Shown piece by piece: positions 18,401 through 27,573 of a stretch of DNA of 64,000 nucleotides. The notes beneath the pieces are model-generated. The model ran no database searches. It was given only the letters and a program-made list of their open reading frames with translations, and had not been told where the DNA came from. The position numbers were made by a program, and so were the translations under genes. Positions within the stretch are counted from its first letter, which is position 1. Each line of letters starts with the position of its first letter. Origin of the DNA: Thermoplasmata archaeon (GTDB lineage: Archaea > Thermoplasmatota > Thermoplasmata > RBG-16-68-12 > JAFNFQ01); the NCBI GenBank assembly GCA_041489255.1, contig JBGPQV010000001.1, forward strand, positions 10,596 to 74,595. Direction: 5' to 3'.

Positions 18401-19545
18401 TCGACCCCCGCGACTGCTCCGCATGGCGGGGGAAGGCGGAGGCTCACATCCGCCTGTCAGACTTCACCTCGGCGGTCGCAGCGTACACCCAGGCGATCAT
18501 AATCGATCCCAAGGACAAGAACCTGAGATACTCCCTCGGGTTCGCGCTGGAGAGGAAGGGTGACTTCGAGGGCGCCCTGGACTCGTACGACGCCGCCCTG
18601 GGCATCGACTCGCACGACAAGACCCTGTGGAACAGCAAGGCGCTCGCTCTACTAGGCCTGGGAAGGTATGAGGAGGCGGTCAGATCGTTCGACTTCGCCC
18701 TGAGGCTCGACCCCAGCTACACTCCCGCCATCGAAGGCAAGAACACCGCGACTGAGAGAGCGCACCTCCAGCAGATCGAGGCTTTCGCGAAGGTCGTCAT
18801 CGAGTTCGAGAAGGCGAACCGGAAGTCAGCGACGAAGGAGGAGATATTCAGGGAGTGCAAGGTGCCCTTCGACATCCTGGATGAGGTGGTGAGCTACGTC
18901 AAGGAACCGGCCATCGTCGACCTCGAGAAGCTCCCGCCGACGCAACAGCTGAGGTACGAGCAGCTCTCCGGGGCCGTGCTGAGCTTCGCGCCGACAACAT
19001 CCGGCGTGCAGCTCGCCGACATCGCGACCGCGATGCCCGACTGCAGCCTGACGGATGCGAGGGAAGTCCTCGGGTACATCAGGAGCGTCGAATCGGTCCA
19101 GATGGAACCCTCACAGGTCCAGGGCAACGACGAGATGGTCAGGCAGGCGCTCACCCTGCCGAAGGAGGAATGGACCCTCGTCGGTCTCGCGAGGAACTTC
19201 CGCATCGGGGCGATGGAGGCGAAGATGCTTGAGACCTCGCTCAGGATCTTCCGTGAGATTCCTGTCGAGAAGGTCAAACCGAAGCCTGAGCTCAGACCAC
19301 TGCCAAAACCAAGCCCGCCGACGCCGGAGAAAGCATCCGAGGAAGAGAAGGTCAAACGATGTTCCCCTCACAGGGCGCAGTCTGTTCTCGCCCATTCCTG
19401 CGGTGCCCAGCTCTGCAGGGCGTGCATCCTCGAGGAGAACTGCCCCAACTGCGGCAAGCCCCTCCGCGAGGACGAGAACCTGGAGCACCTGATGAAGCAC
19501 AGGTCCGATGACAAGCCTGTCGTGAAGGACTTCACGCGGCTCTAG
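15439..19545 (+). CDS. Giant TPR-repeat protein (about 30 TPRs) with non-TPR C-terminal region ending in a Cys/His zinc-finger-like motif
   Basis: 1368 aa. 34-aa periodicity with W/L/Y-G-A-A-P signature runs through about residue 1090. The C-terminus reads CSPH..H.C....CRAC.....CPNC. Confidence 0.85.
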   Translation: MDYSFFDRERRVLLKASRLEQEGRELLQVGANKKALVHLQKALACLDEDVSRIVRRQAECSAIYSGLSDSFLTLGQSDEAQKATDMALQLDPDNGGAWRCKARLLAGQGNSKEALECFDRALKINPGDKEVWSDKGEFLLSTAQPEDAAACFERVLQVDPLDIAHHDKLLRLRMRDPDLWFRKADAHRQLGQNEEALSSYDRVLHLDPSRREVYARKAEIYASIRQYESAVKSIEKALDLEPNDVRLWERKAELLGNKGDTAGALEALDRALELSPEDYRAWLTRAFILQSVGKHDEAIVDFRNANKIQPNSAESLVAKKESLIALGRWTEVLDTSESVLIIDPENKKAWADKGTAQVKLKRLPEAVETFNQYLKREPKDIAVLDMKRQCEKELGRHDDLLATCEAILALDRRNFSTLLDKGSALLTLKNYHGALSAFNEVLSLDHRNIEALRGKRATHREQGDHKGVIKSAYALLELDRKDAAAWFDAGQAEEAIGRIENAVKCYSSLLKCEPANQVAWRRYADLLAGRGDHLQAVKACDDLLALGNNDAETWRRRGESLYHLEDPKEAVDSFQKSIGLNSQDARTWLAMGMALEGCHRFEEAVAAYDKVLGISDKDKTALLRKGSVLLWLQRYEDSLSCFKALLEIDENDREALLNAGKVLRLMERHEEAFEMMNRILAIDRKLPEAWAVKTASLEDLGRSEEAAQSAVSWTDTDHKDLMAWMARARLMHSIGRTKDGLSAVHKALLISPGNLDALRLKKRVHSDVKDYTGVVKACGEILAVDRRDVETYKDMGLAYQALGMNEEALNAFDGAIAVDSMDKRGWNCRGDLLLRLGKPHDALECFEHVLTLSPRDRFALSRRGEVYLGLHDFEKALKCYEDALLLDSMNPDFLTGKARTLIATGKNDEAVKTLTPLLEKDPENQSAVKVKAEALLRLGKHEEALIHFEKASSVEPDSATLWRGQGEALLALKKDKDAVSAFERAVTLDPRDCSAWRGKAEAHIRLSDFTSAVAAYTQAIIIDPKDKNLRYSLGFALERKGDFEGALDSYDAALGIDSHDKTLWNSKALALLGLGRYEEAVRSFDFALRLDPSYTPAIEGKNTATERAHLQQIEAFAKVVIEFEKANRKSATKEEIFRECKVPFDILDEVVSYVKEPAIVDLEKLPPTQQLRYEQLSGAVLSFAPTTSGVQLADIATAMPDCSLTDAREVLGYIRSVESVQMEPSQVQGNDEMVRQALTLPKEEWTLVGLARNFRIGAMEAKMLETSLRIFREIPVEKVKPKPELRPLPKPSPPTPEKASEEEKVKRCSPHRAQSVLAHSCGAQLCRACILEENCPNCGKPLREDENLEHLMKHRSDDKPVVKDFTRL

Positions 19546-19546
19546 G

Positions 19547-20692
19547 TCAAATCGACTTCAGGATCTCCCGCGCGATGACGAGGCGCTGCATCTCGCTGGT
19601 GCCCTCGCCTATCTCCGTCAGCTTCGCATCTCTCAGCATCCTTTCCACGGGATAGTCGCTGACGTAGCCGTAGCCGCCATGGACCTGTATCGCTTTGTTG
19701 CAGACCATCATGGATGTCTCGGATGCGTAGAGCTTAGCCATCGCCGCTTCCGTCTTGAACGGTCTGCCCTGGTCCTCCAGCCACGCAGCGCGGTAGGTGA
19801 GCAGGCGCGAGGCGTCCACCTGCAAGGCCATGTCCGCGAGGTGCCATTGTATCCCCTGGAAATCGCCGATTGGCCTGCCGAACTGTTTCCTCTCCTTGGC
19901 GTATCTGACCGCTTCCTCCAGCGCGCCCTGGGCGATCCCCACCGCCATCGCGGCGATGCTGACCCTCCCGCCATCGAGCGTCTTTAAGGAGTTCACGAAG
20001 CCCTCGTTGTAGCCGCCGAGCATGTCCTCGTTCGGCACGTGGCAGTCCTCCAGGATGACCTGGCTGGTCGCCGACCCGCGCACCCCGAACTTGTCCTCGA
20101 TCTTGCCGATCTTCAATCCCGGGTTCTGCTTGGAGACGATGAACGCGGAGATGCCGTGATTGCCCTTCTCGGGCTCGGTGTTCGCAACAATGACGAACGT
20201 CCCCGCCACAGGGGCGTTGGTGATGAAGTTCTTGATCCCGTCGAGCACCCATTCGTTGCCGTGTTTGACCGCCATCGTTGTCATGCCGGCAGCATCCGAG
20301 CCCGAGCCCGGCTCCGTGATAGCCCATGCGCCCATCTTCCTGGCGGTGGCGAGGTCCGGCAGGTACTTCCTCTTCTGCTCTTCATTGGCGGCGATCAGGA
20401 TGTTCCCGACGCAGAGGGAATTGTGAGAGGCCATGATGAGACCGTGAGAGCCGCAGACGCGCGAGACCTCCTCGACCGCGATGGCGTAGTTCATCGCGCC
20501 GGCGCCAGCCCCCTCATACTCGGTCGGGACCTGCATGCCCATGAGCCCCATCTCGCCCATCTTCGCGACGGTCTTGGCGGGGAACTCGCCGGTACGGTCG
20601 ACCTCGGCGGCTATCGGCTTGATCTCCTTCTCGGCGAACTCCCTGACAGACTTGCGGGTCATCTCCTGCTCAGGCGTAAGTTTGAAGTCCAT
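19547..20692 (-). CDS. Acyl-CoA dehydrogenase (short/butyryl-CoA type)
   Basis: 381 aa with full-length ACAD pattern, including the C-terminal catalytic region YEGTSEMQ-like IGEGTSEMQRL. Confidence 0.9.
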   Translation of the reverse strand: MDFKLTPEQEMTRKSVREFAEKEIKPIAAEVDRTGEFPAKTVAKMGEMGLMGMQVPTEYEGAGAGAMNYAIAVEEVSRVCGSHGLIMASHNSLCVGNILIAANEEQKRKYLPDLATARKMGAWAITEPGSGSDAAGMTTMAVKHGNEWVLDGIKNFITNAPVAGTFVIVANTEPEKGNHGISAFIVSKQNPGLKIGKIEDKFGVRGSATSQVILEDCHVPNEDMLGGYNEGFVNSLKTLDGGRVSIAAMAVGIAQGALEEAVRYAKERKQFGRPIGDFQGIQWHLADMALQVDASRLLTYRAAWLEDQGRPFKTEAAMAKLYASETSMMVCNKAIQVHGGYGYVSDYPVERMLRDAKLTEIGEGTSEMQRLVIAREILKSI

Positions 20693-20760
20693 TTCCCGAC
20701 CCTTGAGTTCCCCAAAATCCGACTCGGAGATATACCTTTGTCCGCCGGCCAGATGCGACC

Positions 20761-21210
20761 CTAGCCAGGGACCGCGTGGCGGCGAAGGAATGACTCTCCT
20801 TCGACGCAGAGTCTCTCCACCAGCTGCTTGTTCGTTTCTTTGCTCGGTGGGCTCTCCTGCAGTGTCTCATGCCCGCCATCATCGAAGACTTGACTTCCTG
20901 AGAGCTTCTTCCTGATGAGGGTGGCCGCCGAAACCTTGTCCAACCTCAATATGCCGTTCGATCTCGCGCGCGAGACAGTCAGCGAAAAATCTTCCTTCAA
21001 GCGGGGACCCAAAGGGACGAACGCCTGCCCTAGTTCGAAGAGGCCCATGTCCTTCATCTTGCGCAGGATCTCCGTCTCCCCCCATTCGTCCACGAGGAGC
21101 ACGTGGAATCTCGCCGTCTCGCCTCCCCCCTCGACCAATCCGTAGCAGACCGCCGTGAGTCTCCGCCCGTGTCCTCTCTCCGCCGCCACCCGGAAATAGA
21201 ACCGTGGCAC
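20761..21210 (-). CDS. Hypothetical protein
   Basis: 149-aa ORF with a GTG start about 25 nt downstream of TTTCCTTATATCC (leaderless geometry). No recognisable motif. Confidence 0.45.
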   Translation of the reverse strand: MPRFYFRVAAERGHGRRLTAVCYGLVEGGGETARFHVLLVDEWGETEILRKMKDMGLFELGQAFVPLGPRLKEDFSLTVSRARSNGILRLDKVSAATLIRKKLSGSQVFDDGGHETLQESPPSKETNKQLVERLCVEGESFLRRHAVPG

Positions 21211-21394
21211 GGCTGACCATCATGCGCCGGATATAAGGAAATTGCCGCTCGCACGCCATAGTATTGTCAATTCCCAAAGTGACTGTATCTTCTCCTCATC
21301 ACATTCCATTGTCGATAACTAAATAATGAAGAGCCTTTTCTCACGGCGGCGCAAACCTCTCTGAACGATTCGACGCAGGTTCGTCGGGAGGAGG

Positions 21395-23107
21395 ATGGCC
21401 ATCGAAACCCTGACTCACGACATCGCGATTATTGGCTCTGGATTGGCCGGGATGAGGGCAGCCGTTGAGGCCGCGAGGGTCAGCAAGGGCAAGCTGAGCA
21501 TCGCGATCTTCACGAAGACTCACGCGATGCGCTCGCACTCCGTTGCGGCTGAGGGCGGCTCCGCGGCGGTGCTCTACCCGGATGAGGGAGACTCGTACGA
21601 CTCGCACGTGTTCGACACCGTCAAGGGCAGCGATTTCCTCGCTGATCAGGACGCGGTCGAGCGATTCGTGATGCTCGCCCCCGGTGAGCTCATACAGCTG
21701 GACCATTGGGGGATGCCCTGGTCGCGGCGCGATGATGGCAAGATCGCGCAGAGGCCCTTCGGAGGCCACGAGTACAACCGAGCGACATATGCGGCGGATA
21801 AAGTCGGCTTCCTCGAGATGGAGACCCTCTACAGCGTTCTGCAAAAGTTCGACTGCATCAGGATCTACCATGAATGGTACGTCACTTCCATCGTCCGCGA
21901 CGGCGACACCTTCAGAGGATTCACCGCCATCGACCTCACCATTGGGAACCTAGCCGTCATCAAGGCCAAGGCGGGGATCATGGCGACTGGCGGGGCCGGG
22001 CGGATGTACGGCTTCACCACGAACGGCCACAGCTCGACGGCCGACGGGCACTTCGTCGCGTACAGGGCCGGAATCCCGCTCAAGGACATGGAGTTCATCC
22101 AGTTCCACCCGACCGGGCTGGTCCCGACGGGCATCTTGATCACCGAGGCGTCCAGGGGCGAGGGTGGCTACCTAATCAACAACAAGACCGAGCGCTTCAT
22201 GTCGAAGTACGCCCCGCAGAAGATGGAGCTTGGGCCGAGAGACTTGGTCTCTAGATCCGAGATGACGGAGATCAACGAGGGACGCGGTTTCGAGTTCAGG
22301 GACATGAATTGCATCCACCTCGACTTGAGGCATCTGGGGCGCGAGAAGATCCTGGAGAAGCTTCCTCAGATACGCGAGGTCACGATGAAGTTCATCGGCG
22401 TCGACCCCATCGACGAGCCGATCCCGATTAGGCCTGTCGCGCACTTCACCATGGGCGGCATCCACACGAACATCGACGGCGCAACGCCGCTCAAGGGTCT
22501 TTGGGCGGCGGGAGAGGTCGCGTGCGTCAGCGTCAACGGCGCGAACCGCCTCGGGTCGAACAGCACGACGACATGCCTGGTCTGGGGAGCAATCACCGGC
22601 GGTCTTGCAGCGCAGTATTGCACCTCCGCAGGCGGCAGCGGCTTCCCCGTGGACGCCGTGAAGAAGGAGGAGTCCAGAGTCTTTGACGAGTTGCTCCGTG
22701 GCTCCGGCTCGGAGAATCCGTATGTCATCAGGCGCGAGCTCCAGAGCCTGATGGACAAGAACATGTACGTCTTCAGGACGGGCGAAGGCCTCAACGAGGC
22801 GGCGAAAACTATCAAGGCCCTTAAGAAACGGTCATACAAGCGCGTCGAGGACAAGACGAAGGAGTACAACACGAACCTCCTGCATGTCTTCGAGATCGAG
22901 GCGATGCTCGAGGTCGCGGAGGCGGCAATCGTCGGTGCCCTGGCGCGTCAGGAGTCGAGGGGAGCGCACACCCGCACCGACTTCCCGAAGAGGGACGACG
23001 GCAAATGGCTCAGGCACACGCTTGCCTGCTACACCCCCGACGGCCCGACCCTCGACTACATCCCTGTCATCATCACCAAGCACAAACCACAGGAGAGGAA
23101 GTACTGA
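21395..23107 (+). CDS. sdhA: Succinate dehydrogenase / fumarate reductase flavoprotein subunit
   Basis: N-terminal FAD fold IIGSGLAGMRAA, HSVAAEGG histidyl-FAD site, and the RGEGG and HFTMGG motifs. GGAGG Shine-Dalgarno upstream. Confidence 0.95.
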   Translation: MAIETLTHDIAIIGSGLAGMRAAVEAARVSKGKLSIAIFTKTHAMRSHSVAAEGGSAAVLYPDEGDSYDSHVFDTVKGSDFLADQDAVERFVMLAPGELIQLDHWGMPWSRRDDGKIAQRPFGGHEYNRATYAADKVGFLEMETLYSVLQKFDCIRIYHEWYVTSIVRDGDTFRGFTAIDLTIGNLAVIKAKAGIMATGGAGRMYGFTTNGHSSTADGHFVAYRAGIPLKDMEFIQFHPTGLVPTGILITEASRGEGGYLINNKTERFMSKYAPQKMELGPRDLVSRSEMTEINEGRGFEFRDMNCIHLDLRHLGREKILEKLPQIREVTMKFIGVDPIDEPIPIRPVAHFTMGGIHTNIDGATPLKGLWAAGEVACVSVNGANRLGSNSTTTCLVWGAITGGLAAQYCTSAGGSGFPVDAVKKEESRVFDELLRGSGSENPYVIRRELQSLMDKNMYVFRTGEGLNEAAKTIKALKKRSYKRVEDKTKEYNTNLLHVFEIEAMLEVAEAAIVGALARQESRGAHTRTDFPKRDDGKWLRHTLACYTPDGPTLDYIPVIITKHKPQERKY

Positions 23108-23577
23108 TGAACGCGCAATCACCCCCGAGCGCATCAACATCTGAATTGGAAAGCAGGAATAAGACCAGGTTCCTTGGCTGGGTCTTCGACAAGCCGCTGC
23201 ACCTGGAAAGGTTCGGGATGATGCTGCATCGGGCGACCGGCCTCGGACTGCTGCTCTATCTAATCTTCCATCTAGTCGTGACAAACGCGATCCTCGGAGG
23301 CAGAGTGTTCTTCGCGGACATCATGGGCATGCTGTCGAACCCCGCAACGCACATAGGTGAGATCGTGGTCGTCGGAGCCGTGGGATTCCACGGCATAAAC
23401 GGCATCAGGCTTGTGCTCATAGGTCTGGGGGTCATCTCAGGCAGACCGCACAGGCCGGACTTCCCCTACAAGGCACCGTCGCTCAACAATGCGGAGAAAG
23501 GGGCGCTCTGGACCGCGTTCGGAATCGGGGTTGTCAGCGTTCTCTTCGCTTCGTTCTTCATCCTCATGGGGGGCTGA
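23107..23577 (+). CDS. sdhC: Succinate dehydrogenase membrane anchor / cytochrome b subunit
   Basis: ATG overlaps the sdhA stop (TGATG). Three TM helices with conserved His. Operon context supports the call. Confidence 0.75.
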   Translation: MNAQSPPSASTSELESRNKTRFLGWVFDKPLHLERFGMMLHRATGLGLLLYLIFHLVVTNAILGGRVFFADIMGMLSNPATHIGEIVVVGAVGFHGINGIRLVLIGLGVISGRPHRPDFPYKAPSLNNAEKGALWTAFGIGVVSVLFASFFILMGG

Positions 23578-23580
23578 GAC

Positions 23581-23934
23581 ATGAGAGGATCCAAACTGAT
23601 GCTGGTCAACTACATGTGCATGGTCCTCATCGGCATCACGCTGTTCCTGCACCTGGCCACGCATGCGTTCCTCGGCGTGTCCGGTTACGGGGCGAGCCTG
23701 GAGCCCGATGCCGTCAAGGGGCACTACACCGATACCGCAACGGCATTCATGCTCGCGGTGCTCCTCGTTGTCCTCGCGTTCCACAGCATCTTCAGCTTCA
23801 AGACCACGCTGCTCGAATGGCGGCACGGCAAGACCTGGACCAAGGCGGTGAACTGGGGGGCGATTGTCGTGGCGGCGGTCATGGTGGCATTCGGCATGTG
23901 GACCATCGTCGCCGCGTACATCACGAGGTGGTGA
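23581..23934 (+). CDS. sdhD: Succinate dehydrogenase small membrane subunit
   Basis: 117-aa, 3-TM protein located between sdhC and sdhB. Confidence 0.7.
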   Translation: MRGSKLMLVNYMCMVLIGITLFLHLATHAFLGVSGYGASLEPDAVKGHYTDTATAFMLAVLLVVLAFHSIFSFKTTLLEWRHGKTWTKAVNWGAIVVAAVMVAFGMWTIVAAYITRW

Positions 23935-23937
23935 GAG

Positions 23938-24711
23938 ATGGCAACCGCGTCAGAGAAGGAAATGAATGTGTCGTCCGAGCCAGGCTTCACCCCGCCAAAG
24001 GAGGTCGTCATCCGCTGCTCGCGCTGGACCCCGAGCGTCGGCGGGAAGCCCGCGGTCAAGGAATACAAAGTCCCCTATTCCCAGGGGATGACCGTTCTGG
24101 ACGCGCTCCTGTACGCCAAGGAGAACATCGACGCGAGCCTCTCGTTCAGGTACTCTTGCAGGATGGGGATATGCGGGTCCTGCGGCATGCTCATCAACGG
24201 CCGACCGATGCTCGCGTGCGAGACGCAGATCAAGGAATTGCCGCCAGGCCCGATAGAGACCGAGCCCCTCGCCAACTACGACACCATCAGGGATCTCGCC
24301 ACGGATTTCACGGATTTCTTCGCGCACTATAGATTCGTCAAGCCCTATCTGATCCGTGCGGACAAAGACGAGCAGGAGAAACCTGCGAAGCAATATCCTC
24401 AGACGGAGAAGGATCGCCTGAAGTACCTGCAGTTCAGCTACTGCATCATGTGCGGCCTGTGCGACGCCGCATGCCCGCCGGTGGCGATGGATCCGAAGTA
24501 CCTCGGACCTCAGGCGCTCGCCGCTTCGTTCAGGTGGATGGCCGATTCCAGGGACGAAGGCCGCGCGGAGAGGGCCGAAACGGTGGACCACGAGCACGGG
24601 TGCTGGCAGTGCCACGTCGCCATGACCTGCTCGGTCGTCTGCCCCAAGGGGATCGACCCGGCACTGGGAATCCAGATGCTCAAACGGCTGTTGATCCTGA
24701 AGAGGCTGTGA
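23938..24711 (+). CDS. sdhB: Succinate dehydrogenase iron-sulfur subunit
   Basis: Cys clusters CRMGICGSC, CIMCGLCDAACP and CHVAMTCSVVCP. Confidence 0.93.
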   Translation: MATASEKEMNVSSEPGFTPPKEVVIRCSRWTPSVGGKPAVKEYKVPYSQGMTVLDALLYAKENIDASLSFRYSCRMGICGSCGMLINGRPMLACETQIKELPPGPIETEPLANYDTIRDLATDFTDFFAHYRFVKPYLIRADKDEQEKPAKQYPQTEKDRLKYLQFSYCIMCGLCDAACPPVAMDPKYLGPQALAASFRWMADSRDEGRAERAETVDHEHGCWQCHVAMTCSVVCPKGIDPALGIQMLKRLLILKRL

Positions 24712-24788
24712 GGCCCGCTAGACCTCGCTCCATGGTTTCGCTGCTGTCAGCAAGTTTTATAGTCGCGGACGCGGCATGAGTCGGACGG

Positions 24789-25760
24789 ATGCATGTCCGC
24801 GAGGGGTTCCACAGAATCGAGATTCCGACCTGCCTTCCGGTCGGCGATGTCAACGTCTACCTCTTCGAGGGACCGCCACCGACCCTCATCGACACCGGTC
24901 CAAAGACCCAGGAAGCTTACGAGGCCCTCACCAAGGAACTGCGGAAGCTGGGGCTCTCCATCAAGGATGTCGCCCGCGTCCTCATCACGCACGGTCACGT
25001 CGACCACCACGGTCTCGCCGAAGTCATAAGGCGCGACAGCAGGGCAGACATCGTCGCCCCGGAAGGCGACGCAGAGACTGTCAGGAACTTCAAGGAAGCG
25101 TACCGCCACAAGCGGCAGGCCACCGCCGAAGCCTTTTTCAAGACAGGCGTGCCCGCGGAGACGCTCGAGCTGGTCGAAGGCTTCTTCGAATACCTCGCGA
25201 CGCTCTCGGAAGCGACGACGATATCGTCCACGATCAGGGACGGAGACATCATCGACGTGGGACAGTGCAAGCTGAAAGCCATCCACACCCCGGGCCATTC
25301 CCCCGGCTCGATGTGCTACCAAGGCCTGGAAGGATGCCTGATTTCCGGGGACACTCTTGTCAAGGATCTCGTTCCGGTCGCTGCCTTCGGCTCCGCGGAA
25401 GGCGAGTCGATAGGGCTCTCCGACTACATGGCATCGGTCGACAAGCTCGAGAGACTCGGCTTCACGGATGTCAAGCCAGGCCACAGATCGGAGTTCAGGG
25501 ACATCCCGGCCTGCACCGCCCTGATCCACTCGCAGTTCGAGAGCCGCCAGTCGAGCATCACGGAGGTGCTCCGCAACGAACCGAGCACCGCATGCGACAT
25601 CATCGACCGCCTTTACGGGATGCTGCCGATCCAGGACATCTTCCCCGCGCTCACGGAGGTCCTCGGCCACTTGGAGATTCTCACCGCCGAGGGTAAAGTG
25701 AGGTGCGAGGACAAAGGCGGGTTCGCCTACTACTCGGTCGCGCATACCGTGCTGGTCTGA
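24789..25760 (+). CDS. MBL-fold metallo-hydrolase
   Basis: THGHVDHHG motif, HTPGHSPG, and a C-terminal winged-helix-like tail. Confidence 0.8.
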   Translation: MHVREGFHRIEIPTCLPVGDVNVYLFEGPPPTLIDTGPKTQEAYEALTKELRKLGLSIKDVARVLITHGHVDHHGLAEVIRRDSRADIVAPEGDAETVRNFKEAYRHKRQATAEAFFKTGVPAETLELVEGFFEYLATLSEATTISSTIRDGDIIDVGQCKLKAIHTPGHSPGSMCYQGLEGCLISGDTLVKDLVPVAAFGSAEGESIGLSDYMASVDKLERLGFTDVKPGHRSEFRDIPACTALIHSQFESRQSSITEVLRNEPSTACDIIDRLYGMLPIQDIFPALTEVLGHLEILTAEGKVRCEDKGGFAYYSVAHTVLV

Positions 25761-25878
25761 CTCGGCCTCACTGCAGTCCATCCGGTCCAGTCCTCTCCAG
25801 TGTTGCTCCGACCCGAAGCAGGTTGTCTTGGCGGGGTTGGCGGCGGGCAACAAGGTTATTATTCGGCGGCGGTTCTGC

Positions 25879-26517
25879 ATGACTGCGGCCATGCCGGAGA
25901 AGAAGCCATTCGTCAGAGCGCCCAGGGACGAATACTACCTGAGGATCGCCTACGATGTCGCCGCAAGGTCCACATGCCTGCGCCGCCAGATCGGCGCGGT
26001 CATCGTGACAGGCGACGTGATCGTCTCCACAGGCTATAACGGGAACCCCCGCGGTATGCCGCACTGCGACCTGATAGGCTGCATACGCGACGAGCTGAAC
26101 ATCCCGAGCGGCGAGCGGATGGAGATCTGCACGGGAGTTCATGCGGAGATGAACGCGCTGGTCTTTGCGGGACCTGCAGCGCGCGGCGGGGCGCTTTATT
26201 GCACGATTGTCCCGTGCAACACCTGCGCCAAGATGATCGTGAACGCCGGGGTGAAGCGTGTCGCGTACAGCGAAGGCTACCCCGACGTCATGGGTTTCGA
26301 GACGCTGAAACAATGCGGTGTTCAGGTCGATAGGATCGCGTTGAAGAAGAGCAAGGCAGCTACGAAACCGGAGCACGGGAAGGAGAAGCTCAACCCCAAG
26401 CTCCTCAAGGACATCAGGCGGATGAAGGAGGAACTCAGGGAGAAGTTCGCTGCCGCAAGCGCCTTGGAGATGAAGGCGACTCAGATAATGAAACGGAAGA
26501 GAGCGCGTGGCGGCTAG
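25879..26517 (+). CDS. dCMP deaminase (ComEB family) with Lys-rich C-terminal extension
   Basis: HAEMNAL and PCNTCAKMI zinc motifs. The start is ambiguous (25828, 25879 or 25891). Confidence 0.85.
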   Translation: MTAAMPEKKPFVRAPRDEYYLRIAYDVAARSTCLRRQIGAVIVTGDVIVSTGYNGNPRGMPHCDLIGCIRDELNIPSGERMEICTGVHAEMNALVFAGPAARGGALYCTIVPCNTCAKMIVNAGVKRVAYSEGYPDVMGFETLKQCGVQVDRIALKKSKAATKPEHGKEKLNPKLLKDIRRMKEELREKFAAASALEMKATQIMKRKRARGG

Positions 26518-26523
26518 CCGGAT

Positions 26524-27549
26524 TCACTTCTGCGGCTCGATTATCACCTTTATCGATTCCTTTGCCTCTGCCACGAGTCTGAAACCCAGACCCGTATCCG
26601 CCAGACCGAGGCGGTGCGTGATCATGTCGCGGACGTTCACCATTCCGGAGCTGATCAGATCGATGGCGGTCTCCAGGTCCTCCGGACTGGCGCCATAGGA
26701 CCCGACCATCGTCACCTCCTCCCGCCACAGCTCGTTGAACGGTATCGGGATTGCGCGGCCTGGGTCGGTCGGGGCGAAGAGCAGTATCGTCCCGCCACGA
26801 TCCACGGAGTTCAGTCCCTGGTCTATTGCCTTCGACGCGCCGGTGCAGATTATCACTAGGTCGGCCTTTTTTCCATCATTGAGCTCCACGACTCTCGCCG
26901 GGACATCATCGGTCGCCTTGATCACCGCGGTCGCCCCGAAACGTCTCGCCGCCTCGAGCCTATAGCCAACCATGTCTGTCGCGATGATGCGTTCGGCCTT
27001 CGACGCCTTCGCGAGCTTGATGTGCAGCAACCCAGTGATTCCACTTCCGATCACCAGCACGGTCTGACCGGGCTCGGCGCCCGCCAAATCCTGTCCCCGG
27101 GCGACGCAACCGAGCGGCTCGATGAACACGCCCTCATCATAGGTCATGTTGTCGGGTAGCAGGAAGACGCCGCGATCGACGTTCATCTCCGGGACGCTGA
27201 TGTACTCGGCGAAACCGCCAGGGTCGTAGTTGGTGCTGCGGAGCGTGTCGCAGACCGTGTGGTGTCCCGCCATGCAGTATTTGCACGACATGCAGGGAAT
27301 GTGGTGCGAGACGAACACCCTGTCTCCCTCCTTGAAACCCCGCACATCGTCTCCGACCTCTACTATGTCGCCGGCAATCTCGTGGCCCAGGACCAGGGGT
27401 GCCTTCTTCTTCCTGTACCACTCCATGACATCGCTGCCGCAGATCCCGCTCGCGATGACCTTGACGAGCAACTCCGAGGGGTCGATCTCCGGCTTCGGCA
27501 TCTCTTCCAGCCGGATGTCGTTGTTGTTGTAGTACATCGCGACGCGCAA
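26524..27549 (-). CDS. Zn-dependent medium-chain alcohol/threonine-type dehydrogenase
   Basis: GICGSD, GHEIAGDIVEVG, structural-Zn Cys cluster, and the GSGITG Rossmann motif. Confidence 0.85.
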   Translation of the reverse strand: MRVAMYYNNNDIRLEEMPKPEIDPSELLVKVIASGICGSDVMEWYRKKKAPLVLGHEIAGDIVEVGDDVRGFKEGDRVFVSHHIPCMSCKYCMAGHHTVCDTLRSTNYDPGGFAEYISVPEMNVDRGVFLLPDNMTYDEGVFIEPLGCVARGQDLAGAEPGQTVLVIGSGITGLLHIKLAKASKAERIIATDMVGYRLEAARRFGATAVIKATDDVPARVVELNDGKKADLVIICTGASKAIDQGLNSVDRGGTILLFAPTDPGRAIPIPFNELWREEVTMVGSYGASPEDLETAIDLISSGMVNVRDMITHRLGLADTGLGFRLVAEAKESIKVIIEPQK

Positions 27550-27573
27550 AGTCTGTCTCCGGGGGAAACCACC

